Below are positions 23,025 to 32,114 of a DNA stretch of 47,030 nucleotides, in pieces. This DNA is from Leucothrix mucor (lineage in GTDB: Bacteria > Pseudomonadota > Gammaproteobacteria > Thiotrichales > Thiotrichaceae), in assembly GCA_015663245.1 (NCBI GenBank), contig DQSN01000025.1, positions 1 through 47,030 on the forward strand, in the 5' to 3' direction. Each line of letters opens with the position of its first letter. The stretch's first letter is position 1. The translations under genes were made by a program, and so were the position numbers. Under the pieces are notes generated by a model that did not search any database, was not told where the DNA came from, and was given only the letters and a program-made list of their open reading frames with translations.

Positions 23025-24296
23025 TTAAATAGTTGCGGAATATTTTAGCTTCAACACACTAAGTAACATAATGACAATCAATGGCACTACGCCAATATTC
23101 ACCATCTGCCAGCCAAACTGGTGTTGCAATACACCCGCAGATAATGAGGCGATAGTGACTGTCGTGAATACAAGAAAATCATTAATGGCTTGTGATTTAG
23201 ATTTCTCTTGCGGCTTGTAAGAGTCTGTTAATAAAGAAGTCGCTCCGATAAACAGGAAGTTCCAACTGAACCCCAGAAAAATAAGAGCAGCAGTAAAGTG
23301 CCAGGTACTTTGCCCGACAAGATTAATCACCACACAAACAAAGGCAAAAATCACCCCCCAGAGCAAAATATTCACCACACCAAAACGCATAATGAGGCTA
23401 CCTGTAAAGAACGAGGGAACAAACATTGCCAACACATGCCACTGGATCACGAACATCGTATCCGTAAAGTTATGCGCATGATGCATCATTGCCAAGGGAG
23501 TAGCCGTCATCACTAAGGACATCACCCCATAACCCAGCATTCCGCAAATAAGTGCCACACTAAATTTAGGCTGTGAAATCAGCTCTCGCCATGGTCTTAC
23601 TGTGCCGTTAAACTCACTAATGTCTGGCTCAGGCAATTTAATAAAAGATAAAATTAACAGGGTTAAAATATAAAATGCGATAACAAAAAAGAATGCGCCT
23701 GCAAATTGTGAGTTTGCAATACTTTCACCCAAAGCAGAGCTCATTTTTAATTCTGCAAAGACATACTTAGCCATGGTCGATAGATTAGGGCCAATCAGCG
23801 CAGCAAATACTCCTCCGACCATTACATAAGAAATTGCCCTGCTCTTGAACTCAACATGCACTAAATCTACGGCAGCAAAACGATAGTAATTACCAAAACC
23901 ATTGAATACTCCCAAGCAAACTGCTGCCAGCGAAAACAACCAAAATTGATTATTTAAAATAGCAATAATGGCCAATAAACCACCCATCATACCAATAAAG
24001 CTAGCAAGCATAAAACCTGCCTTTCGCCCAAACTTCCCCATAAACAGAGACGCGGGAACACTCGTTAGCATCATAGAGAAAAACTGTAAGGAGATAGGTA
24101 ATGTGACTAAAGATTTATCTTCCAACATCGGCAAGCAAGCTAATGCTGACACCGCTATCATCAATATATTACTACTTTGCATTAAAGACTGGCAGACAGC
24201 CAAGAGATAAACAGAATAGGGTATTCCCTTGGCGGGTTTTAAAGCATCTTCACGTGCATCACTTAACTGGCTCAATTTAACCCCACTTGTATTCAT
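23025..24296 (-). CDS. MFS transporter
   Basis: 423 aa with about 12 predicted TM helices, including an MFS-like loop motif (..GKFGRKAGFMLA..). The substrate is unknown. Confidence 0.8.
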   Translation of the reverse strand: MNTSGVKLSQLSDAREDALKPAKGIPYSVYLLAVCQSLMQSSNILMIAVSALACLPMLEDKSLVTLPISLQFFSMMLTSVPASLFMGKFGRKAGFMLASFIGMMGGLLAIIAILNNQFWLFSLAAVCLGVFNGFGNYYRFAAVDLVHVEFKSRAISYVMVGGVFAALIGPNLSTMAKYVFAELKMSSALGESIANSQFAGAFFFVIAFYILTLLILSFIKLPEPDISEFNGTVRPWRELISQPKFSVALICGMLGYGVMSLVMTATPLAMMHHAHNFTDTMFVIQWHVLAMFVPSFFTGSLIMRFGVVNILLWGVIFAFVCVVINLVGQSTWHFTAALIFLGFSWNFLFIGATSLLTDSYKPQEKSKSQAINDFLVFTTVTIASLSAGVLQHQFGWQMVNIGVVPLIVIMLLSVLKLKYSATI

Positions 24297-24496
24297 AGCT
24301 TTTATTGGAGGTTACAATAGAACCTGTGCGATACTCCGTCCACTATTTAATGCTGATATTCAATATCACAAAACCCGATACAGCCTCGTAACTCATAATG
24401 AGAGGATACGGAATAGTCTGCTGTTTAGATCTTTCATACTCACAGAGTTACATCGGGCTACTTAAAATAGGTAGATACAATAAATCTAATATTTTG

Positions 24497-24580
24497 CTCG
24501 TTTACTTTTTGATTTTCCGCGTTATCGTTGCATAGCTCTGCTATGCGTCTCAACAATGTCTTGAAAATCAAAAAATAAAC
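24497..24580 (+). repeat. R2 element, copy A (nested hairpin)
   Basis: The outer 18-nt inverted repeat is gtttactttttgattttc (24500-17) and gaaaatcaaaaaataaac (24563-80), complementary at 17/18. The inner perfect hairpin is gcatagc-tct-gctatgc (24530-46). It is homologous to 27706-27794 on the opposite strand. Confidence 0.75.
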
Positions 24581-24663
24581 ATCAAAAACTTTGTTATATT
24601 TATTATATCCACCCACTTACATTATATTAAAAACCTATTTACAGAAACTAGAAAGGACTCAAT

Positions 24664-26238
24664 ATGTCTCAAGCAACAGATCGCCCTATTACTCGCGCTT
24701 TAATTAGCGTTTCAGATAAGACTGGAATACTGAAGTTTGCTCAAAAGCTAAGTGATAGAGGTGTCGAAATACTTTCTACAGGCGGCACTGCCAAACTTTT
24801 AGCGGACAATGGCGTGTCTGTTATTGAGGTTTCTGATTATACGGGCTTTCCTGAAATGATGGACGGACGGGTTAAAACCCTGCACCCTAAAATTCATGGT
24901 GGTATTCTTGCGCGTCGCGGTACGGATGATGCTGTAATGGCAGAGCATAACATTCCACCGATTGATCTTATTATTGTAAACCTCTACCCATTTGAAGCCA
25001 CGATTGCCAAAGATGACTGCACCTTAGAAGATGCAATTGAAAATATTGATATTGGCGGCCCTACCATGGTACGTGCTAGCGCAAAAAACCATGCTCATGT
25101 GACGATTGTTGTTGACCCTAGTGATTATGCGCTTATCGAGAGCGAGCTAACTTATCACAACGGTGCAATTAGTGCTAATGCACGTTTTCGCCTTGCTACC
25201 AAAGCCTTTGAACATACCGCCAAATATGACGGTATGATTGCAAATTATCTAGGTATGATTGTTGAAAATGACCAACCAAAAGGATTTGCAACTACCTTCA
25301 ACGTGCAGTACCGCAAAGCACAGACGATGCGCTACGGTGAAAACCCTCATCAGCAAGCCGCTTTTTACATTGCTGATGATCACACCGAAGCCAGCGTTGC
25401 AACTGCCAAACAACTGCAAGGCAAAGAGCTTTCTTACAATAATATTGGTGATACCGATGCCGCACTTGAATGTGTGAAACAGTTTGATGAGGAAGCAACT
25501 TGCGTTATCGTCAAACATGCAAACCCTTGCGGAGTTGCAACAGGTGCTAGCCTTTTAGAAGCTTATGACCGTGCTTTCCAAACTGATCCAGAATCAGCCT
25601 TTGGTGGCATCATCGCATTTAACCAAGCCTTAGATGCCGAAACCGCACAAAAAATTGTTGATCGTCAATTCGTAGAAGTTATTATTGCACCATCCGTTAA
25701 TGAAGATGCCAGTGAAATCATCAAAACCAAAAAAAATGTGCGTTTATTAGAGTGCGGTGAATTTAGCGAAGCCCAACCACGCTTAGATTATAAACGTGTA
25801 AATGGCGGGTTACTTGTTCAAGGTGCTGATTTGGAACTTTATAATGAGCTTGAAGTAGTCACAGAGCGCGCACCTACCGAAGAAGAAATGCAAGATTTAT
25901 TGTTTGCATGGAAAATCGCTAAGTTTGTTAAATCAAACGCTATTGTTTATGCAAAAGATAAAATGACAATTGGTGTTGGTGCAGGTCAAATGAGTCGCAT
26001 AAACTCCGCACGTATCGCAGGTATCAAAGCAGAACATGCAAGCTTAGATGTGAAAGGCTCGGTAATGGCATCTGATGCTTTCTTCCCGTTTAGTGATGGC
26101 ATAGAAGCCGCGGCAGAAGCAGGTATTGCGGCTGTCATTCAACCAGGCGGGTCAATTCGTGATGATGAAGTAATTGCCGCTGCCAATAAAGCGGGCATGG
26201 CAATGGTGTTTACTAAGATGAGACATTTCAGACACTAA
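24664..26238 (+). CDS. purH: Bifunctional AICAR transformylase / IMP cyclohydrolase
   Basis: 524 aa. The MGS-like N-terminus (..[18 protein letters not shown]..) and AICARFT body (..VKHANPCG..) are present, and the protein ends ..KMRHFRH. Confidence 0.95.
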   Translation: MSQATDRPITRALISVSDKTGILKFAQKLSDRGVEILSTGGTAKLLADNGVSVIEVSDYTGFPEMMDGRVKTLHPKIHGGILARRGTDDAVMAEHNIPPIDLIIVNLYPFEATIAKDDCTLEDAIENIDIGGPTMVRASAKNHAHVTIVVDPSDYALIESELTYHNGAISANARFRLATKAFEHTAKYDGMIANYLGMIVENDQPKGFATTFNVQYRKAQTMRYGENPHQQAAFYIADDHTEASVATAKQLQGKELSYNNIGDTDAALECVKQFDEEATCVIVKHANPCGVATGASLLEAYDRAFQTDPESAFGGIIAFNQALDAETAQKIVDRQFVEVIIAPSVNEDASEIIKTKKNVRLLECGEFSEAQPRLDYKRVNGGLLVQGADLELYNELEVVTERAPTEEEMQDLLFAWKIAKFVKSNAIVYAKDKMTIGVGAGQMSRINSARIAGIKAEHASLDVKGSVMASDAFFPFSDGIEAAAEAGIAAVIQPGGSIRDDEVIAAANKAGMAMVFTKMRHFRH

Positions 26239-26265
26239 ATATTCTCTACTAGCCTCTTCAATTTT

Positions 26266-26305
26266 ACCCTGAGAACTTTATTATGCTAAAAGTTGTTCTC
26301 AGGGT
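26266..26305. terminator. Hairpin between convergent purH and hydrolase genes
   Basis: accctgagaac (26266-76) pairs with gttctcagggt (26295-305), an 11-bp perfect stem with an 18-nt loop. There is no strong T-tract on either side, so its role as a terminator is tentative. Confidence 0.5.
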
Positions 26306-26385
26306 GAGGTGTGAACGAAGCAATAAACAAATATTTAGGGAGAAAATAATAGCGGCTAACTTACAACACGCTCATCAAAAGCCGC

Positions 26386-27201
26386 CTACTTTAAACCCTT
26401 AATATATTTAATCACCATCTCAACTAGCAATTCATCTTTATCATCAAAAAAGTGATTTGCGCCCTCCACTTTTTCTTGTTTATACATTTTATTATCTTTC
26501 GACGCTTTTGCCCTATCAGAAGCCGATGCCATCACGCCTTTCAAATCTTCACTGCCATAAATATCAAAGACAGGCAGACTAATTTTTTTCAATAACTCAC
26601 TATTTGACGATCCCATGCCTATCGCAACATAAGCAATGACAGGTGATTTTGAATCAGTTTGATTAGCAAGATAATAACTCGTCATTTGCGCACCTAAGCT
26701 GTGTGAAACCAAAACAATATTTTTCACACCTGACTTTTTCAGATGAGCAATACCAGCCTCAATTCTTGGTGCAACATCTTTCATTAAAGGTAAATAATCT
26801 TTCCCTGTTGCCGAATTTTTAAGAACGGGCATTTGTAACGACAAAGTATGCCACCCCGCTTCGGATAAACCCACACGCAAAGGGTTAACCACTTGCGGCC
26901 AGTCGGGGTGAATGCCAATACCATGCATTACCAACATGCCTATCTCAGACTTCTCTTCTGCTGGCATATCCAACGCAAGAAAATCATCTTTACCATCACT
27001 GAGATAAACAGAATCCCCATCCATTAGAGATTCGACCACCTGCGAAGCCCAACGCTTCTCCTTATCTTTATCAGACGCGCTACTAGCACCACTGATCATC
27101 ACAAGGGTGAAACCCAATAGAGCAATCAAACTATTTTTAAGAGCTATTTTAGATCCCTTTTTCGCATAATGGTTAAGCGTATTTTTTAAATTGTTAATCA
27201 T
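26386..27201 (-). CDS. Secreted alpha/beta-hydrolase-fold protein (DUF3530-like)
   Basis: 271 aa with an N-terminal signal/TM segment and a nucleophile elbow VSHSLGAQM (GxSxG-type). The ..HGIGIHPDWPQVVNPLR..GWHTLSLQMPV.. pattern is also present. Confidence 0.75.
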   Translation of the reverse strand: MINNLKNTLNHYAKKGSKIALKNSLIALLGFTLVMISGASSASDKDKEKRWASQVVESLMDGDSVYLSDGKDDFLALDMPAEEKSEIGMLVMHGIGIHPDWPQVVNPLRVGLSEAGWHTLSLQMPVLKNSATGKDYLPLMKDVAPRIEAGIAHLKKSGVKNIVLVSHSLGAQMTSYYLANQTDSKSPVIAYVAIGMGSSNSELLKKISLPVFDIYGSEDLKGVMASASDRAKASKDNKMYKQEKVEGANHFFDDKDELLVEMVIKYIKGLK

Positions 27202-27231
27202 ATAATTTATCTCTCTGTTTTAGCTGGGTGA

Positions 27232-27300
27232 ATTGTAGAACGCCCCTTCAATATTTTTCAGGTGGAAAAGTAAAACAGGGGTCCATTGGCAAGTCTGTTA
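27232..27300 (+). repeat. Possible degenerate third R1 copy (R1c)
   Basis: ccc ttc aat att ttt (27244-58) matches R1a ccc ttt aac gaa ttt. taaaacagg (27271-79) is identical to R1a 34-42, after an insertion of about 10-11 nt. The rest is about 60% similar, so this is a weak call. Confidence 0.3.
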
Positions 27301-27430
27301 AAAACTCACTCGTTCGTAGCCACTTAATTAGCGGTGCTATGGCGGTTGTGAGTCAGTTTTGTCGACGAGCTCCTAAAACAACCAAGGAAAAAGGGTTACA
27401 ATAATTAATAGAACACTGAGGAACAAAGTG
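27294..27430 (+). ncRNA. ssrS: 6S RNA (ssrS) candidate, compact form; ends +/-15 nt
   Basis: Blocks are collinear with E. coli 6S RNA as I recall it. These are gttcgtagcc vs GUUCGCAAGC, gcggttgtgag vs GCGGUUGGUGAG, cgag..taaaac vs CCGAGAAGCCUUAAAAC, and aaccaagg-aaaaa-gggttaca vs AACCAAGG-GUUCAA-GGGUUACA. The 5' and 3' flanks can pair as an interrupted closing stem: 27294-99/27422-27, 27305-08/27417-20, 27312-15/27411-14 and 27324-30/27402-08. Confidence 0.6.
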
Positions 27431-27504
27431 TGCAGCCGTTGCCTTGACTAATAAAACCGTCCGAAAAGCCTTTGCGATGTTGCACGACGGAACCGAGTAC
27501 CACG

Positions 27505-27529
27505 CTCAAGCTTTAGAGGCTTGAGTTTT
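27505..27529 (+). terminator. Terminator-like hairpin downstream of the 6S candidate
   Basis: ctcaagc (27505-11) - tttagag loop - gcttgag (27519-25) - tttt. The 7-bp stem is modest in strength. Confidence 0.4.
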
Positions 27530-27705
27530 CAACCAACAATAAAGTACTAAGAGTATGATGATAAATCAACTATTTGAGCCAGTTATACGCCAAGAACTTT
27601 GAGCTCGATTAGGAGATGCGACCAAACAGTTCGCAAAGATATCTTTAAGCCTGACGCAGCCCCTCTTATAGAGCTCGCACATAAGGAAGCATTGATTTCT
27701 ATCAT

Positions 27706-27794
27706 TTTTATTTTTTTGTTGACAGAGAGGAGTCCACATAAGGCACATAGCAGGGCTACACAACGATAACGCAGACGATAGGAAAGTAAACGAG
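27706..27794 (-). repeat. R2 element, copy B
   Basis: Read on the minus strand, ctcgtttacttt (27794-27783) is identical to 24497-24508. The core gcgttatcgttgtgtagccctgctatgtg (27772-27744) matches 24519-24547 at 25/29. The 3' half has diverged apart from the A-rich end. Confidence 0.7.
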
Positions 27795-27827
27795 AAGAAT
27801 ATTAGATTTATTGTGTTGTCTACCTTC

Positions 27828-29630
27828 TTATATATGTATCTTAAGCATTTCATCCAAAGGCTCTGGACGCGAAATGCCATATCCTTGCCCATAGTCAATC
27901 GACATCATTCTTAATATTTCTACTATTTCATCATTTTCGACATATTCAGCAATAATTTTCAGACCCATTGTATGCCCCACTTGCACTATTGACTGAACCA
28001 TTGCTCGCGCTACATCATCTGACAATATGTCTTTAATAAAGATGCCGTCAATTTTCAAATAATCAACATTAAGCGAGCGTAAATAACCATAGGAGCTTAC
28101 TCCTGTACCGAAGTCATCCAAAGAAAAACTACTACCCATTTCACGCAATGTCTCGATAAATTTCTCTGCTAACTTTAAGTTGCTAATCGCTACCTGCTCG
28201 GTAATCTCAAAACAAAGCATGCGCGGGTCTATCTTCGCCTTGTTAATTTCATCTAAAACAAAACCTAAGAAAGCCTCATCATCTAAACTCGTTCCCGATA
28301 AATTTATTGCAAAGACTGGGATTGGAGTTTGTTCTTTGACTACCTTTAATTGCCTGATAACATCTTTGACAACCCATCTATCTAAAACAGGCATCATTCC
28401 ATAATTTTCTGCAACAGGAATAAATTCATCAGGAGGGATGATATTACCTTCTTCCTCATACATGCGTATTAAAATTTCATAATGACTAAATGGCAAAGCG
28501 TATTTTGCGGGTTCTAAAGCATGGATGGGCTGGGCAAATAAACGGAAACGGTTATCTTTGAAGGCTTGTTTTAGATTCCAAACACCTTTGATATTATCTT
28601 GAGCTTGTTTTACATCAGGGTCATCTTCTCGATAAGCTACGATTCTATTACCACCACGCTTACGAGCAATACGGCAGGTTAAATCTCCTTCTGACAACAC
28701 ACGCGCAGAGGTAGTACTGGTTCTATTCACGAGGACAAAACCACCACTCACAGTCACGGGATAAAGGGTATTATTCCACGAAAATTGAAGCTCATCTACT
28801 GCCCGACGAATATGCTTCATCGTTTCAACAGCAGAAGAAATACTACGCTCTCGTAACAATATGCCAAATTCATCTGCGTTCAATCTAGCAATAAAATCTA
28901 TAGAATTATCAACACTCTGTCGCAGTATTTTTGCAATATGCCTAATTAAAGAATCACCAGCAGTGTAGCCTATTGTGTCGTTGATATTTTTAAATTGATC
29001 GATAGATAAATGAAAAAACACATGGCTTGCACCATGCTTGCGAGAATCAAGAATAACGGTTCTTAATAAAGCCTCAAATGCCTTGCGATTAAATAAATTT
29101 GTTAAGCTGTCACGCTTTTCTATGATTTCTAGTCTTGCTTCAAGTGTTTTACGTTGCGTAATGTCTTTGAGACTTAAAATATAATATTTTTGATTTACAC
29201 TTTGATAACTAGAGTTCATGGGGATGACACTCAACTCAGCAGTAAGAATTTTTTCTTCGCCTAGCTTTAGCTCACATTCTTTCCAATCTACAGATTGAGA
29301 TATTTTCTCGAAATCATTTATATCTAGCTCGGTATCAGAGTCGACAAGGGAAAATATGGCACTATAATCTTGCCCTATAACTCGTCTTAATTTAGTTTTA
29401 AGTACTTTCTCTGCAGCTGGGTTGATGTACAAAAAAATATTATTATTATTGAATATGACGATAGGGTAAGGGATAACTTTAAAAGCTTCCTGCTTATAAT
29501 CCATTTCTGATTTACCAGCAAAACCATCAGACTTATGCCAACGGCTTCTTACAAACCAAATAATTATTATTAGCACAGCCAATAGCAATACAAGTAAAGG
29601 AACCATATATGTCGATAAATACTCTATCAC
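27828..29630 (-). CDS. Membrane-anchored PAS - degenerate GGDEF - EAL protein (probable c-di-GMP phosphodiesterase)
   Basis: 600 aa with an N-terminal TM helix. The GGDEF position reads RLNADEF, which is degenerate. The EAL signature residues look intact (YEILIR, AINLS, FEITE, DDFGTG, KIDG, EYVE, QGYG). The first codon is GTG at 29630, with an alternative ATG at 29606. Confidence 0.88.
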   Translation of the reverse strand: MIEYLSTYMVPLLVLLLAVLIIIIWFVRSRWHKSDGFAGKSEMDYKQEAFKVIPYPIVIFNNNNIFLYINPAAEKVLKTKLRRVIGQDYSAIFSLVDSDTELDINDFEKISQSVDWKECELKLGEEKILTAELSVIPMNSSYQSVNQKYYILSLKDITQRKTLEARLEIIEKRDSLTNLFNRKAFEALLRTVILDSRKHGASHVFFHLSIDQFKNINDTIGYTAGDSLIRHIAKILRQSVDNSIDFIARLNADEFGILLRERSISSAVETMKHIRRAVDELQFSWNNTLYPVTVSGGFVLVNRTSTTSARVLSEGDLTCRIARKRGGNRIVAYREDDPDVKQAQDNIKGVWNLKQAFKDNRFRLFAQPIHALEPAKYALPFSHYEILIRMYEEEGNIIPPDEFIPVAENYGMMPVLDRWVVKDVIRQLKVVKEQTPIPVFAINLSGTSLDDEAFLGFVLDEINKAKIDPRMLCFEITEQVAISNLKLAEKFIETLREMGSSFSLDDFGTGVSSYGYLRSLNVDYLKIDGIFIKDILSDDVARAMVQSIVQVGHTMGLKIIAEYVENDEIVEILRMMSIDYGQGYGISRPEPLDEMLKIHI

Positions 29631-29746
29631 CTAATATTCCCTATAAATCCTTCATTGCAATCACAATACTTTCTCATTTAAAGACACAAAAACCAATCGA
29701 CATTTATAGCTCAGTGAAGCTGAATAAGAGCTGTACAGAAAACCAA

Positions 29747-29780
29747 AAAGGCCGATTCCTATTACGGTATCGGCCTTTTA
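29747..29780 (-). terminator. Rho-independent terminator of the rpsP-rimM-trmD-rplS operon
   Basis: ggccgat (29750-56) pairs with atcggcc (29769-75). On the minus strand this is followed by ctttttggtttt. It lies about 50 nt past the rplS stop. Confidence 0.8.
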
Positions 29781-29826
29781 AATAAAGATAATTTTTATTA
29801 CCTTTACCGTCAAATATAAATGACGC

Positions 29827-30171
29827 TTATACTTTCTCTTTGATACGTGCTGCCTTACCTGTTAAGCCACGTAGATAATAAAGCTTAGAACGACGCACAT
29901 CTCCACGACGCTTTACTTCAATACCTGAAATAGCATTGCTATAGGTTTGAAAAACACGTTCAACACCTTCGCCATGTGAAATTTTACGTACTGTAAATGC
30001 TGAATTCAGACCACGATTTTTCTTTCCGATTACAACGCCTTCAAAAGCCTGTAAACGCTCACGCTGACCTTCTGTCACTCGTACTTGAACGACAACAGTA
30101 TCGCCTGCATTAAATACAGGGATCTCTTTACTCATTTGCTCTTCTTCAAGCTGTTGGATAATGTTACTCAT
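29827..30171 (-). CDS. rplS: 50S ribosomal protein L19
   Basis: 114 aa ([41 protein letters not shown]..). It follows trmD. Confidence 0.95.
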   Translation of the reverse strand: MSNIIQQLEEEQMSKEIPVFNAGDTVVVQVRVTEGQRERLQAFEGVVIGKKNRGLNSAFTVRKISHGEGVERVFQTYSNAISGIEVKRRGDVRRSKLYYLRGLTGKAARIKEKV

Positions 30172-30214
30172 GTTACGCCTCTATTCTCTGTATTCAATTT
30201 CAGCCAATAATTTA

Positions 30215-30958
30215 TTAGCTATTATCTAAAAAATCACGCAGTAGTTTTTGATCTTCTACGCTTAAAATTCTGTTTTCTAATAACTCTGGTCTTCTCTGAG
30301 CTGTTCGCCCTAAAGCCTGCCTTCTGCGCCATTGTGCGATGCGTTTATGATCACCACTTTTAAGCACACTAGGAACCTTTTTCCCAGAAAACGCTTCTGG
30401 ACGTGTGTAATGGGGGCAATCTAATAAGCCATCAGAAAAGGAATCTTGCTCTGCCGACTCTTTATGACCCAAAACATTAGGTAGCAATCTGGTAATAGCA
30501 TCTATCATTACCATTGCGCCTAATTCACCACCGCTAAGAACATAGTCTCCTAAAGACCATTCCTCATCGACTCCCAGCTCAATAATGCGTTCATCAACAC
30601 CTTCGTAGCGACCACAAAGTAAAATCAAACCTTCTTCATGCGACATTTTTTTCAATGCCGTCTGATTCAGTGTTTTTCCTTGGGGACTGAGATAAACGAC
30701 CTTAGTCGCAATATCTTGATCCTTATTCTTTGCCTTAACATCATCAATTGCAGCTAACAAACAATCAGGCTTCATCACCATCCCTGGACCACCACCATAA
30801 GGTCGATCATCCACTGTTCGATGCACGTCTTTGGTGTAATCACGAGGGTTCCAACAGTGTAAATCAATTAGATTTACATCTGCTGCTCGCCCTACAACAC
30901 CTGACGACGCTACTGCTTGCACTAGCTCAGGAAATAAAGTGATAACGTCAAATCGCAT
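30215..30958 (-). CDS. trmD: tRNA (guanine37-N1)-methyltransferase
   Basis: 247 aa ([48 protein letters not shown]..). Confidence 0.95.
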   Translation of the reverse strand: MRFDVITLFPELVQAVASSGVVGRAADVNLIDLHCWNPRDYTKDVHRTVDDRPYGGGPGMVMKPDCLLAAIDDVKAKNKDQDIATKVVYLSPQGKTLNQTALKKMSHEEGLILLCGRYEGVDERIIELGVDEEWSLGDYVLSGGELGAMVMIDAITRLLPNVLGHKESAEQDSFSDGLLDCPHYTRPEAFSGKKVPSVLKSGDHKRIAQWRRRQALGRTAQRRPELLENRILSVEDQKLLRDFLDNS

Positions 30959-30976
30959 TATAAAACCTCTGAAGTC

Positions 30977-31495
30977 CTAAAACTCAGGATCCCAATCAAC
31001 GACCATCTGGGATGTTTGCAAGTCCACACTAATAACAACTTCACCCGTAATATAGGGGATATAGCGTTCTCTATCGCCCTTAACAACTAACACATTATTA
31101 TTACCAGTTTCAAACAACCAAGAAACTTTTCCTAAATCAACGCCTGTTGTTGTCACAACCGCAAGACCTTCAAGCTCAGACCAATAATACTCACCCTTAT
31201 TTAGTCTCCCTAATTGACTTCTCTCGATGACAATATCGGTACCGATAAGTTTGTATGCTTGATCAGGGTCGGTCACGCCTTCTAACTGTGCAACAACGAC
31301 TTTACCTTGGCGACGACCATTCAGCACCTTAATAGACTGATATTTATCATCACCTTGACTACGACTAAGTAGCCAAGTTTTATACTTTACAATCTTCTCT
31401 CGCGGAGCAGTGTGTGAAAAAACTTTCACCCACCCTTTAACACCAAAAACACCTGAGATTTCTCCCATATGTATATAATCTGAAGATTCTTTCAT
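30977..31495 (-). CDS. rimM: Ribosome maturation factor RimM
   Basis: ..GEISGVFGVKGWVKVFSHT.. is present, with a PRC-barrel C-terminus, and the gene lies between rpsP and trmD. The start is taken at ATG 31495 (MKESSDY..). The track ORF begins 6 codons earlier. Confidence 0.9.
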   Translation of the reverse strand: MKESSDYIHMGEISGVFGVKGWVKVFSHTAPREKIVKYKTWLLSRSQGDDKYQSIKVLNGRRQGKVVVAQLEGVTDPDQAYKLIGTDIVIERSQLGRLNKGEYYWSELEGLAVVTTTGVDLGKVSWLFETGNNNVLVVKGDRERYIPYITGEVVISVDLQTSQMVVDWDPEF

Positions 31496-31554
31496 ATAAA
31501 ACACATAACACAAAAAGAGTTAATCATTCTGCATTTAATATTAGCTAGTCTGAC

Positions 31555-31818
31555 TTAAGCTGCTGTTGACCCTGAAGCTGCCGCAGCATCTTTCATCAAT
31601 TTAGCAACACGATCAGAAGGCTTAGCGCCTAAATCCATCCAGTGCTTAATACGATCATTCTCAAGATGCAAAGGAACCTCTTGACCACGAGCTAAAGGGT
31701 TATAATACCCAAGACGCTCTATGTATCCGCTGTCGCGTGGCTTACGAGAATCTGTAACAACAATATTGTAAAAAGGACGTTTCTTAGAACCGCCTCGTGC
31801 TAAACGAATTGTAACCAT
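31555..31818 (-). CDS. rpsP: 30S ribosomal protein S16
   Basis: The conserved N-terminus [21 protein letters not shown] starts at ATG 31818. The 16 extra upstream codons in the track are not S16-like. Confidence 0.95.
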   Translation of the reverse strand: MVTIRLARGGSKKRPFYNIVVTDSRKPRDSGYIERLGYYNPLARGQEVPLHLENDRIKHWMDLGAKPSDRVAKLMKDAAAASGSTAA

Positions 31819-32114
31819 AATTTGTAGTCTACGTTGTATGCTAGGTGTCAAATGGATCACTGTCATAAAACAGCAATATTGACCAAAAAAATAATCGCGT
31901 GATTCTACTCTTTTCAGGCAGAAAAGAAAGTACTTCGTCCAAAAAAGTCATATCTTATAGAAAACTCCTATTCTAATAAAGAATAAAAACCATCCGACGG
32001 AAGATCCTCGCCTACTATTTTTTTGTTGTTATAGTAAAAATCAAGTTTCATCAGCCTCCCCCATTACTATTATTGATGAAGCCCCCTTCAACTAAAATAA
32101 TAAAAAACGAACCC

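Noticed and set aside
24297-24663. ZTP (pfl) riboswitch or PurR box upstream of purH.
   Set aside because: No CCGCCTGGGC-type pseudoknot motif or GGGTCGTGAC-like P1/P2 sequence was found. No ACGCAAACGTTTGCGT-like palindrome was found either. The only structured element is the R2 repeat.
27457-27530. Possible tmRNA: a frame reading ..AMLHDGTEYHAQALEA* looks like a tag peptide, and ccgtccgaaaagcctt (27457-72) resembles the E. coli 6S apical segment CCGUCCGAGAAGCCUU.
   Set aside because: There is no tRNA-like acceptor or T-arm (no GGGG..5' end, no GGTTCGA..CCA 3' end) anywhere nearby, so it is not a tmRNA. The 16-nt 6S-like match lies outside the collinear 6S alignment at 27300-27430 and lacks the flanking CUCGG/CCGAG stem. 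It is probably coincidental or part of the 3' trailer.
27566-27898. 110-aa minus-strand ORF spanning the end of the EAL gene and the adjacent gap.
   Set aside because: It overlaps the 3' end of the well-supported GGDEF-EAL CDS in another frame and gives a Cys/Leu/Met-rich nonsense translation. It runs across R2 copy B.
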